Shown: piece after piece, positions 50,313-64,000 of the stretch
How positions within the stretch are numbered: the first letter of the stretch is position 1
Layout of the letters: each line of letters begins with the position of its first letter
DNA from: the human T2T-CHM13v2.0 reference genome, Homo sapiens
Direction: 5' to 3' (one strand)
Length of the DNA: 64,000 nucleotides
NCBI RefSeq assembly: GCF_009914755.1
Contig: NC_060939.1
Made by a program: the position numbers and the translations under genes
The notes under the pieces: model-generated
Databases searched by the model: none
Told to the model about the DNA's origin: nothing
What the model saw: only the letters and a program-made list of their open reading frames with translations

Positions 50313-51747
50313 CTCTCTCTCTCTCCTCCTCCTCTCCCTCGTTCCTTCACCCCCCACCCCAGGGATTGTTTTCAACTCACAGTAAGAACTTTTTGTTCTC
50401 AAAAGTCTCAACTAGAGACTTCATCATTTTAAATACAGAAAAAAAATTGTGGTGGACTTGTTTATATAAAGCAAATTCTTCTTGGAATATAAGCTTTTCA
50501 GGCTGAGTTTTATTCTTTGAGTAGTCCACCCAATACATTGATTTAGGGAATCAAGATCTGTTTTGAGGAGAGAGAAGCTTTCTCATCTTTTGGGCCAAGG
50601 AGTGTGCTGATATTTCTCTGGTCAGTTAAAGCATGCAGAGAAATTTTCAGGGTAAAAATCAGGAGTGTAGAATTCTTTTCATTTGGTCCCCATTTTGTAT
50701 ATATAAGAAGCATTATATGATCTCTACCATAAGGAAGCCTCAGCCCTGACCATACTTTTTTGAATTTTTACTGAGAGCAAACAGTTAAGAAAATCCTAAT
50801 CATCTTCAAGAAGAAAAAGTAGAGCCAAGATACTTTGCTGTAGGGAACAGACAAAATCAGTCTTTGGTAAACTTTATTCTTTCCTTTTATATTGGTGAAA
50901 AGTTTTCATAGATTAGTAGCATGATGCTTATTCCTGAAATATACTCATTACAGGCATCTTAATTAAAAACAGGTTATGATTCTGTTGAGTGTAAAATTTT
51001 CCTCAGGAGCTTGTTATTGGCTCAGACCCACTACTGTTTAATATAAACTAAGAAAGTAGTAATGAAGTGTGTAATAAACTAGTTTGCTGTAGTCTGTTTT
51101 GAGAGGTAGACCAGTAAGCCATTGACTTTTCTGGTGGCTTTGCAAGCCTGTTGCTTGTACTGTTGCTAGTGTTATTGTCTTAAGAACCATGATACAATGT
51201 TGAATAATTAAATCCACTTAAAGTTTGTAGGGGTTTGAGATGCTGTACTGCAGGAACGCAAAACATGCCATAGTGCCAGGGTCTCTCTTGCCTTCATATT
51301 TGTATAATCCCTCTTCTCAAGCTTAGGAACAGTGCCTGTAGCGAGCAGACTCTATTCTCACTGAGTTTGACTCTGGAGACTTGCCAAATAAGTTATAATA
51401 GCAGTAGGACTTTGTCCACTGAATGATTGGGAGAAGGGGAGGAATCTTATTGTTTTAAAACAAAATCAGTGATGATAAGAGTGCTTCATAAATATTTACT
51501 CATATGCTATTTACTTCATAACTCTTGTAGGAAGTTGGTAACTGTTCATTTTACAGAGGAAATAGAGAAATCAACAGTGAAATACATTTGCCTGTGGTTT
51601 CTTATTGCCCCTCAGAAGTAGCAAACTCTAATCAGTTGTAGTTGCACCTGCACTGATACCAATCTACAAGAGCATGGTTTGTCTTGAGGAGGAATTTAGT
51701 ATCTCTAGAAATCTTTGAAATTTGTTATAATAAGAAGTCTTATCTGA

Positions 51748-52119
<372 letters not shown>

Positions 52120-55100
52120 GATTTATTTTTATTAAGGAGAAAACAGTATAATTAAAAGCCTCCATAAAATAGTTAATTAAGGACTTTATTTTTAGTATTT
52201 CAAGACATTAAATATAAATAACTACAACCTCAGATAGCTTTATAAAAGTGTAATTCTTTTTTTGTGTGGTCTTATTGTTAAGCTGTCTTTAGACTTTGTG
52301 AGTTGGGAAGAATATGAAATTTGATAGTTGGAAGATATTGGAATATTCACAGCTACCATTTAGTTGAGGTCAGAGAAAAGAATGGTTACTTCATAGTATG
52401 GAAAATTTTTATTATTTCCCCTTTTTCAAAGATTTAGTGTTTAGTTATAAAAACAAGTTAAAGTGGATGGAAAATATTTATTCCAAAAGTAGTTTAAAAA
52501 TGTTATCAAACATACAGAAGATACTTTAATAGAACAGAACTTTTAATTCATTAAATGAAAGGTAATAATGCTAATATTGAAAGGGTTAAGATTAGTTCAT
52601 TTTGTATTTTTATTTACTTAGAAGTAGATTGGGCTGTTGTTTTGTTAAAGAGCATCTGTAGGTATTTGAGTGAGTACCTACTAATGCTCTGTTTTTTGTT
52701 CTGTGTAGAATGGTTTGTTTAAGGTAGTGGAAAATAAAGATACATTGTGGTATATTTGAAAGAGGAGCAGTTTGGAGATTCGAAGTCTTGCTTTAGTGTT
52801 GGCTTTATTATTTACTAGATATGTGATCCTAGGGCAGAATATTTTAACCTCTCTGAGTCTGTTTATCTTATGTCTAAGATGAGGACAATAAAAATACTGC
52901 CTGAGGGTGTTGTGATAATGAGCAGATTAAAAGTTTTTATGGAAATTCTAAAATGTGGAGGTTTGTGGTCTGTACAGATATTAGTTATTAGGTGGCATAG
53001 CAAGTCTTGAAAGGGATTCCAAGCTTTTCATATACATATGGAGAGAGGGAATCTTCATATAAAACTTAAACATTTCTGATGGTCAGTTATTGAAGATTAA
53101 ATCAGGTGACTGAGAGGAACACTAGCCTATGGAACTCCTTATAATTTTTAATATGTAATTTACATATTATTTTACATATAAATATATATTTCATCAGAAT
53201 GAAATATATATAATATTTGTATATAATTCATCAGAATGTCAGAATTCTGATGAATCATCAGAATCTCTTATAAATTCATCAGAATCTCAGAATTGTTTGG
53301 ATGAGTCTTTTTGGTTAAATGGGGGAAATTGAAGCACTAAAGTAAAATAAATCCTCAGACATAGTCTTTGTGAGGATTCTGTTAATTGTATTCCAAACCA
53401 TAGAGCCCCCATATTAGTGCCCTTCAGTCCTTTATTCTCAGCTCAGTTTTTAAAATGCTTGTTGAGGATCTGCTGTAGTGACAAAGTTAACCCCAGGCTT
53501 AAGTATGAATGTGTGACAGCTGAATAGTTCCTAGGAATAGTCTGCTTCTACTTTGTACTGATAAGCAGTAATCTCAACAAAATTTTAGTGACACTAAAGA
53601 GTTAACGTTTTAAAGAGTTAAAAAGTTCAGATACACTTTTATACTCCTGAGTGAGGAGGAGACGATACAAAGAGGAGGTTATGAAACGCTAGAGAAACTC
53701 TTGTCTGCTGTAAGCTTATGCTTGAAGGAAGAAAGTCTGACTTAGTCATATCCATGAATGACAGGACTTGGATCTGTCTGCTGATGACGCTGCTGTTTCC
53801 TGGTTCTTCGTGATTAGGACTTTGTGATGAAGATGCTCCTGCAGCATCCAGTATTGTCCCTTTCCATTTAGAGTGTCTGTCTGGGTATATAAAATAGCTG
53901 TCTTACCTTATATTGGGAAATATTGGGATTTTACATGACTTCCTAAGTATCTTATGCGATTGTATTGTTTACAAGTTTTTACATTATTTTGAAGAAGGGA
54001 ATTGACAAATCCAAAGTAAGGAGACTACTGGGTTCCTTTGGAACCCAGTGCCGGTAGAGCCATTGAGGTAGCTTTGATGGAGGTCAGTGTACTTGTGGCC
54101 TTCATAGGAGCTATTTGCTGATTGTTCTTCAGAATAAGACATTAACTGGGTTTGGGAGAAAAGGGTCATGGAACGATTTGACAGTTGCGTGACTGGACTC
54201 AAGAAAATTCTGGGGCTTCTGTCTCAGCTTCTCTCTTTGTAATAATTCCTAATGCTTTCTTGAAGATCTATCTTAAATTGCAACGATGAGAATAGCTGGT
54301 AGGTGAAACAGCAAAACTAAAGACCTTGGAAACGGATAGTGAGGGTTCTTGAATATAACTTCTAAGAATCTTGGGGCCAAGTGAGGTAGCTTATTTTTCT
54401 CTGTAGCTAATTGCTTGCTGTGTAATCTGTTGCTTTGCTACTGGACATTGCAGTAGTCTCCTTACTTGGTCTTCTTGCTGCCAGTTGCTCTCTTTTTCCA
54501 ATCTGTCTTAGTCTGCTTGGGCTGCCATAACAAAATACCATAGATTTGGTGGCTTACACGACAGAAATTTATTTTCTCACAGTTTTGGAGGCTAAAAGCC
54601 TGAGATCAGGGTGCCAGCATGGTCACCTTCTGGTGAGGGCTCTCTTTCTGGCTTGCAGAGGGATACCTTCTCACTGTGCCCTCAGTGTATGTGTGTGTAT
54701 GGTGGGAGGGTCTCATATGTGCCCTTTGGTGTCTCTCTTTTTTTAAAAAAATTTTTTGTTTCCGTAGGTTTTTGGGGAACAGGTGGTATTTGGTGACATG
54801 AGTAAGTTCTTTAGTTGTGATTTGTGAGATTTTGGTGCACCCATCACCCAAGCAGTATACACTGAACACAATATGTAGTCTTTTATCCCTCACCGCCCTC
54901 CCACCCTTTTCCCTGAGTCCCCAAAGTCCAAGGTATCATTCTTATACCTTTGTATCTCATAGTTTAGCTCCTGCTTATGAGTGAGAACATACGTTGTTTG
55001 GTTTTCCATTCCTGAGTTAACTTCTCTTAGGACAATAGTCTCCAGTTCCATCCAGGTTGCTGTGAATGCCATTAATTTGTTCCTTCTTATGGCTGCACAG

Positions 55101-56634
55101 TATTCTATCATGTATATATATACAGATTCTATCATGTATATATATACAGTTTCTTTATCCACTAGTTGATAGATGAGCATTTGAGCTGGTTCCATATTTT
55201 TGCAATTGTGAATTGCTATAAACGTGTGTGCAAATATTTTTTTCATATAATGACTTCTTTTCCTATGGGTAGATACCCAATAATGGGATTGCTGGATCAA
55301 ATGGTAGTTCTACTTTTAGTTCTTTAAGGAATCACCACACTGTTTTCTGTAGTGGTTGTACTAGTTTACATTCCCACAAGCAATGTAGAAGTGTTCCATT
55401 TTTACCGCATCTATTATCTTTTTATTTTTTTATTATGGCCATTCTTGTGAGAGTAAGGTGGTATTGCATTGTGGTTTGGATTTGCATTTCCCTGATCATT
55501 AGCGATGTTGAGCATTTTTTCATATGTTTGTTGGCCATTTGTATATCTTCTTTTGAGAATTGTCTATTCATGTCCTTAGCCTACTTTTTGATGGGGTTGT
55601 TTGTTTTTTCTTGCTAATTTGTTTGAGTTCCTTGTAGATTCTGGATATTAGTCCTTTGTCAGATGTATAGATTGAGACGATTTTCTTGCACTCTGTGTGT
55701 TGTCTGTTTACTCTGCTAACTGTTCTTTTGCTGTGCAGAAGCTCTTCAGTTTAATTAAGACCTACCTCTTTATCTTTGTTTTTGTCACATTGCTTTTGGG
55801 TTCTTGGTCATGAAGTCTTTGCCTAAGCCAGTGTCTAGATGGGTTTTTCTGATGTTATCTTCTGGAATTTTTAAAGTTTCAGGTCTTAGATTTAAGTTTT
55901 TGATCCATCTTGAGTTGATTTTTGTATAAGGTATGAGATGAGGATCCAATTTCGTTCTCTTACATGTGGTTTTCCAATTATCCCAGCACCATTTGTTGAA
56001 TAGGGTGTCCTTTCCCCACTTTAGTTTTTGTTTGCTTTGTTGAAGATCGGCTTTAAGTATTTGGGTTTATTTCTGGGTTCTGTATTCTGTTCCATTGGTC
56101 TGTGTGCTTATTTTTATACTAGTACCATGCTGTTTTGGTGACTATGGCCTTACAGTCTAGTTTGAAGTCAGGTAATGTGATGCCAGATTTGATCTTTTTG
56201 CTCAGTCTTGTTTTGGCTGTGATGGCTCTTCTGGTTCCATATGAATTTTAGGATTTTTTTTTCCAGTTCTGTGAAGAATGATCATGGTATTTTGATGGGA
56301 ATTGCATTGAATTTGTGGATTGCTTTTGGCAGTATGGTCATTTTCACAATATTGATTCTGCCATGATTCATCTGTGAGCATGGGTTGTGTTCCCGTTTGT
56401 GTCATCTGTGATTTATTTCAGCACTGTTTGGTAGTTTTCCTTGTAGACGTCCTTTACCTCCTTGGTTAGGTATATTCCTAAGTATTAAATTTTTTTGGCT
56501 GCTGTTTTAAAACAGGTTGAGTTCTTGATTTGATTATCAGTTTGGTCGCTGTTGGTGTATAGTAGAGCTACTGATTTGTATACGTTAATTTGTATACGTT
56601 AATTTTGCTGAATTCATGTATGAGTTCTAGGAAC

Positions 56635-56710
56635 TTTTTTTTTTTTTGAGACGGAGTCATTCTGTCTCCTCGGTTGGAGTGTAGTGGCGTGATCTTGGCT
56701 CACTGCAACC
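56635..56710 (-). mobile_element. Severely 5'-truncated Alu inside the L1PB
   Basis: TSD TTCTAGGA(A/G)CTTTT. Confidence 0.88.
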
Positions 56711-57284
56711 TTCTAGGAGCTTTTTGGAGGAGTCTTCAGGGTTTTCTAAGTGTACGATCATATCATCAGCAAACAGCAACAGTTTGACTTCTTTACTGAT
56801 TTGGGTGCCCTTTTTCTTTCTTTCTCTTGTCGGGTTCTCTGGCTAGGACTATATTGAATAGAAGTGGTGAGAGTGGGCATCCTTGTCTTGTTCCAGTTCT
56901 CGGAGGGAATGCTTTCAACTTTTCCCTGTTCAGTATTATGTTGGCTGTGGGTTTGTCATAGGTGGCTTTTATTACATTGAGGTATGTCTCTTATATGCCA
57001 GTTTTGCTGAGGATTTTAATCATAAAAGAATGCTGTATTTTGTCAGATGCTTTTTCCCACATCTGCATCTATCAAGATGATAGATGACTTTTGTTTTTAG
57101 GTCTGTTTGTGTGGTGTATCACATTTATTGACTTGCATATGTTAAACCATCCCTGTATCCCTGGTATGAAACTCGCTTGATCATGATGGATTATCTTTTT
57201 GATATACTGTTTGATTCGGTTAGCTAGTATTTTGTTACAGATTTTTGCATCTATGTTCATCAGTGGTATTGGTCTGTAGTTTGC

Positions 57285-57730
57285 TTTTTTTTTCTTTTTT
57301 TTTTTCGTTTCTTTTCTTTTTTTTTTTTTTTTGAGACAGATAGCTAGTATTTTGTTACGGATTTTTTGCATCTATGTTCATCAGTGGTATTGGTCTGTAG
57401 TTTGCTTTTTTTTCTTCTTTTTTTTTGTTTCTTTTCTTTTTCTTCTCTTTTTTTCTTTTTTCTTGCTCTGTTGCCAGGCTGCAGTGCAGTGGCGCGATCT
57501 TGGCTTACTGCAACCTCTGACTCCCTGGTTCAAGTGATTGTCTTGCCTCAGCCTCCCAAGTAGCTGGGATCACAGGCACGTGCCACCATGCCCAGCTAAT
57601 TTTTGTATTTTTCATAGAGACGGGGTTTCACCATGTTGGCCAGGATGGTCTTGATCTCCTGACCTTGTGATCCCCCTGCCTCAGCCTCCCAAAGTGTTGG
57701 GATTACAGGCGTGAGCCACCGTGTCTGGCC
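57285..57730 (-). mobile_element. AluSc-like element inside the L1PB, with duplicated tail region
   Basis: TSD TGTAGTTTGCTTTT; diagnostic caggatggtcttgatctcc. Confidence 0.9.
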
Positions 57731-59708
57731 TGTAGTTTGCTTTTTCTGTTGTGTCCTTTCCTGGTTTTGGTATTACAGTGATACTGGCATCATAGAATGA
57801 TTTAGGGAGGATTCCCTCTTTCTCTGTCTTATGGAATAGTGTGAATAGGATTGGTACTAATTCTTCTTTGAACGTCTGTTAGAATTCTGCTGTGAATCTG
57901 TCTGGTCCGAGACTGTTTTTTTTTTTTTTTAGTGGTAATTTTTTTATTACCATTTCAGTGTCGCTGCTTGTTTCTTTGATTAGGGCCCCCCTTCATGACA
58001 TCATCTAGCCTAAACTAACTTTCAAAGGCCCTATCTCCATTGGGGATCCATCACATTCAGGGTTAAAGCTTCCACATATGAATTTTGAGAGGATGCAAAC
58101 ATTCAGTCCATAACACAGTCCATTTCATACACTTAAAACCTCTTCTTCTGTGATTTGTCTCAGGACCTACTTTGTTCCCTGCTGGGTATCAAAACAATTA
58201 AAAGTGTCACCTTAGCATTTATGTTCTTTAATAATCTGATGGAGACTTACCTTAGCCAGTCTTATATTCACTGCTTTTCAATCTGAATTGTGTGGTTCTG
58301 TGACACTGGTCTCTCCTCACCTGACCTCCTACTTCCAGTTATTCTTCACTCTCAACCTGCAATACTGTTTGCCATTCTTGTGCGGTTTGAATTTTCTTTC
58401 ATTTACGAAATCTTCCCCAGCCTTTTCAGGTGATAATTTTGTAAAAATGTATTCCATTAAATAAAACTGTCTTTGTATTTGTATACATTGTATACAAATG
58501 TATACATTACAAATGTAGCATTCACTTATTTTAAGGACTCTTGGGTGGAGGACAGTACTAATTCTTTTTTTTAACCACTGAAGACAGAGCTAAGGTCAGT
58601 ATGGCAGCTATGCCTAGTAGATTTTGAGTGCAACTAATTATTGTATAATAGCTGGTCAGCCTCCTGAGTTTTAACCCTATAATTAAAAAAAAAGTCTGAT
58701 GCCTGCTTTTGATGAATATTGAACAAAGTATTTCTGTTGGGAAATTCTGAGGTTTTACTTACCCTAACATTTTTTAGAATACTGTCATTTGGATTTTTTT
58801 GTTGTTTACTATATGTACATTAGACAGATTATAAACTCTGTGGAAGCAAAGATAGTGCTTTACACTTGTGTTTCTGCACAGTACCATGCTTTGAGGTTAA
58901 TAAACACTTGGTAACTGGCTATTTGATTTAGGGTTGGAGATGTGTGATAGGTTGGTGGAAAGATTTCACATTCCCCAAATTGCATCTTTCCTAGCACAAG
59001 CTGCATGGTGAGGCTTTAAGGAAGCACCGAAACTTACGTTGATTAGCTGAGTGGAGACGTGAGGTGTTCATTTTTGAGAATGTTCCCTTGTGTTCTTACT
59101 TACTCTGCTCAAGGATGAGCAAGAAGTGGCCAAGTAGTAAAGCCATGGAGGTTGTATGTGAAAACAGCTGGTTCTGTAGAACCACAGTCAGCTCTAGCTC
59201 TGAAAAGCAAAAAGAAGTGATACTTTAATAGCGTGTTTTTTTTTTTTTTTTTTTTTTTGACAGGGTATATAGCACTTTTGGTCTTTAGTAATGTGAGACT
59301 GAGGGGAAAATGGCTTGTGTGATTCTGGGATTCATTGGCTAGAGGAGCTCTGTTTTATGAGGACTCTAGGAAGCCAGTAGCTGGCCAACACTTTGGAAAC
59401 AATATTTTTTCTAAAACGACCTTGATTTTTAGTCCAGTTGGGCCAGGGAGGAGAGGTTATATAATCTAGTATTATAGTCAATGTGAGGAAGCAGTCATAA
59501 AAGCAGAAGAAGATAGTCTTATTTAATGGAATTATGAGTTCATTTTCCTGGTCAATTTGTGGTAGAGGTGAACCTTTTATTTAATACTCTAAATCGTCTT
59601 TGGTTTTAGAATTTGGGGCCAAAGCTGCTTTTGTTGATTGTAGGAAATATGTTGTCTTCATATTTTGAAGTTAGACTGCACATCTAGACATGATGTCTTT
59701 AGCAATTG

Positions 59709-60037
59709 TTTCTTCTTCTTCTTTCTTCTTCCTCTTCTTCTTCTTCTCCTCCTCCTCCTCCTCCTTCTTCTTCTCCTCCTCCTCCTTCTTCTTCTCCTTC
59801 TTCTCCTTCTTCTTCCTTTTCCTCTTCCTCTTCTTCTTCTTCTCCTTCTCCTCCTCCTCCTCCTTCTCCTCCTTCTTCTCCCTCTCCTCCTTCTCCCTCT
59901 CCTTCTCCTTCTCCCTCTCCTCCCTATCCTTCTCCCTCTCCTTCTCCCTCTCCCTCTCCCCTTTCCCCTCCTCCCCCCTTCCTATCCCCTTCTCTCCCCC
60001 CCCTTCTCCTCCTTCTCCTTCTCCTTCTTCTTCTTCT
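59709..60037 (+). repeat. 329-nt polypyrimidine tract of CTT/CTC/CCT units (expanded tail of the adjacent antisense Alu)
   Basis: Only two purines (A at 59926 and 59984); abuts GAGATGAGGTCT of the Alu. Confidence 0.97.
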
Positions 60038-60939
<902 letters not shown>

Positions 60940-63094
60940 TTCTTCTTCTTCTTTTTTTTTTTTTTATTAGGAATTGAGTTGACTGCTCTGATATGGAGAG
61001 ACCTGTTAGTCTTGTATATAGTGCCCAGCCGGAAAAAGCATCTCTTGAAGGTTAGGGCATTTTGTGAGGAGAGCTCTAGGGCTATATCAGTCTGGAGGTA
61101 TGATCTCTGATAAAGATCATAATTCTCATCTCAGTAATCTTCTTTAGAACAAAACATTCTTCATTGTAAGCTTCTCATTAACTGAAGGCCACCTGATCTG
61201 AGATTTTGGCTCTTAGAATACTCTTTTCTGTGTCTCAATCCTCATATGGTTTACCTCTGAAATATAGAATATATTTTCTTGTGTAGCCTGGTAGAGTTGG
61301 TTTTGTTTTGTTTTTCAAACAGTAACTTTTATTGATTGTAAAACTTCCAGATTTCTGAGATGCCGCCTTACCAGTCTTAAGGTTGATTTTTGGTACTCTG
61401 AAAGTGCCCATTTGCTCTGTGTGAAAAGAGCAGGTTTGCATTTATTCAGTGATTCTAAGATGAGATAATTGGTATTTTTATGATTTGAATGGAGGCTTTG
61501 TATTTTTGAATTTTGTGAAACAAAGCTATGTTTGTAAACACATTTCAAAAAATATAAATGCCACTTTTTGGTGAAGATACTGAATAGCAAGAAAGTTCAG
61601 AAAAAGGAGCTTTTGTTAACATTTAATAATAATCTGACTGTTTGCATTGACTATCTCATTGATGTTTAAAGAGTACCTGATGTTTAGAACTTTTTGTATT
61701 AAAAATAATCCTCAGGCTGGGTTGTGTTAGGAAAATATTTTCTGGTATCAAATGCTTCTTTGCCAGTTTGGAGTTTTTCAGCTATTGTCTTGGTTTAGAA
61801 GAGGGTATTATAAACAATATATTTCAATGTAAAGATAGTTCTTGGGAAACTGTAGGAAAGCATTTGCTTAGTGCCTGATGTAAGATGAACAAGTTGCTTT
61901 AGTATCGTATGTGTAACATAGAACTATTTTGATATGGCTCAACTGGTTTAGGTGTAAATAGTATAAAAGCATTGAGGCAAAATCTAAAGTAAGTCTTCAG
62001 TTTTTTAAAATTAAAGTGGTTTTAATTTTATATTCCTTTCCATTTCTTTCTTTAAAGACTTTATTGGCTTTTTAATGAAATTGTCAGTTCAGATATGAAC
62101 GTATTATTTGCAGAGGAAGTGCTTTATATCTATTTGCAGTGGCTTTCACCAACCTTCTAGGTGACATGGGAAGAAAGTGTCAAATTTAAAAAATTTGAAA
62201 GCCTGTATCATGTGACTGAAAATGTTTTAACTACTTCTGAAAAATTGCAAGAACATAAGCCTAAGCTAAAAAATTTAAACAGTATGGAAGGATATTTGGT
62301 GAGAAACACAGTCATTCCTTCCTATACCTTATTCCCACTCCTTGGCAGAGGTTTTCCTCTGTTCAGTTTCTCCTGAGAGCTTTTCGTCTATATGTAAATG
62401 ATGCATAGCCTCTTATTTTTTACACAATAGGGAACAAATAGTTCTGCAACTTCACCTTTTCATTTAACAAGAGGATAATAGGGGATCACTATGTGAAGGA
62501 CATTATTGAGCCCATACTGATTTTAGTAGGATCTGTGATTTTCTAAAATATGTGTAATGATTTGACCTAATTATACATGATTCTACATGCATATGACTTA
62601 AGCTAAAAAAAAGAAGAGCATTAGCATTTCTTGACAATCATAAGATTTCAGTTTTACCAACTTATATAATTATTCTCCTTGTTTAGAAAACAGACAAGTC
62701 CTACTGTAATAAAAAGCCTTCAATAAAATGTTAGTTCCTTATGTATAGGCCCTTGTACAGGGCACACTTTTATATGAATTATTTAACATACTCTTCATAA
62801 TAACTCTTTGAAGCTGATTCAGTTTTACTCTCATTCTTGCAGAAAAGGAAACAGGCTTCAGGAGGTTGAGTAACAAAGCTAGTAAGTAGCAGAATTAGGT
62901 TTCAAAGCTGATCCATGAAATAATGCAGCAATAGCTAGTTCAAATTGTTTAAAAGCGAGTCTCATGGACAGTGGTTTAATATCCTGTTACCAAATATCTC
63001 ACTTATTTAATATAAAAATTTGGTGAAGTCATTATTACAATGTATTTGATGGTGGGATTGGTTCTAGAAAGGGAACTGATTCTTGCTTAATCCA

Positions 63095-63270
63095 TACCCA
63101 ACATTGTATTAGTGTCACCTGGGGAGCTTTTAAAAAATTATTCCTGGATCCCCAACCCCAGGCATTCCAGCGGCATGAAGCTGGTGTTGAACCTAGGAAT
63201 CGTAATTTTTAACAAGCTACCTACTTAATTTTTAGGCAGCCAGTCTGGCTGCAGTTTAGAACCATTGAAG
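63095..63270. mobile_element. MER5-type hAT fragment
   Basis: attagtgtcacctggggagcttttaaaaa...aatttttaacaagctacc...gtttagaaccattg. Confidence 0.6.
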
Positions 63271-64000
63271 TGTGTGTCTTTTATTTCAAATTTATGAATA
63301 TGAGGTCTTCATTTTCCACTTGTTTTCTTTCTGAAGATAATGAACCATTACCTAATGGAAACAAACATGAAAAACTTGAAATTTTATTTAATGTATTCAA
63401 AACAGAAGTTTTCATTTGTTGAGCTATGTATTATACTGTGTTAAATGGATTTTATTATTTCCATAGGGCCATATTATAACAGACAGTGAATTAAACTGAA
63501 AACTTTATCTTGTCTCTTGCAGAAGCAAATACTGTGAAAATACTTTGTAAAACCACTTTGTAAAATGTATAGGTTGGAACAGAATTAAGTGATTGAGACT
63601 CTGAAGGCTCTGGAAATGGGTTGTCAGTTTTATTTTCAGCCGAGAGCAAGATAATACTTATCTAAATAAATAATTGTGGGTTAGATATGTTGTCTTGTAA
63701 TTGCTTTAAACGTTGAGCCTAGATTACCAAGCTGCTAAGACAAGGGAATTAAAAAATAAGTCACTTAGTGGCCTTTATTTTGTATATACATATTTTTTGC
63801 ATTTTGATAAACCTGTATAAAATTAGTAAAAAATTACTTTCCCTTCTTTAAGAGTTCTACTTGCCAGGAGCCAGAGTAGAAAGATTGGCTGGCAGTATTC
63901 CTGGCATTGTAATTTTTAGTGCACTAGATATTTTCGTAGAATATTGATTGTTCTGTGAACCTTCTTACCATGGGGACAGTGAAGTCAGCAAGTCACACTA

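Larger units (their letters stand above)
54745..57972 (-). mobile_element. 5'-truncated L1PB (L1PB1-like), antisense to TCF12
   Basis: 3' end gtttttggggaacaggtggtatttggtgacatgagtaagttcttt; minus-strand ORF2 remnant [13 protein letters not shown]...KKIIHHDQ. Confidence 0.92.
54504..58115 (-). mobile_element. MLT1A-type solo LTR split by an L1PB insertion (pieces 54504-~54740 and ~57975-58115)
   Basis: TGTCTTAGTCTGCTTGGGCTGCCATAACAAAATACC start, CATTCAGTCCATAACA end; near-TSD CAATC/CAGTC. Confidence 0.85.

Overview
Primate (almost certainly human) genomic DNA containing the 5' end of the E-protein gene TCF12 (HEB) on the + strand. It has a CpG-island promoter (~37.3-39.25 kb), a non-coding exon 1 ending at 38169, coding exon 2 (39155-39251, ATG at 39177) and exon 3 (40301-40373), then the start of a very long intron 3 running past the window end. 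The spliced peptide [25 protein letters not shown]|[24 protein letters not shown] is not in the ORF track because the exons are short. The upstream 37 kb is repeat-dense (Alu, L1, MaLR/ERVL LTRs, Tigger/MER elements), carries a second, gene-less CpG island at ~6.3-6.9 kb, and shows signs of divergent minus-strand transcription. I found no new protein-coding gene and no undescribed multi-gene system. The best leads are: uORFs in the TCF12 leader (one exon-junction-spanning and in frame with the CDS); an L1PA insertion inside an Alu with a twin-priming 5' inversion and a 26-nt 3' transduction; an unexplained 93-bp dispersed duplication; the orphan CpG island; a (GGAA)17 microsatellite; a candidate recursive splice site; and several non-B-DNA or repair-scar structures. 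Repeat subfamily names come from recalled consensus sequences; boundaries without TSDs are approximate.
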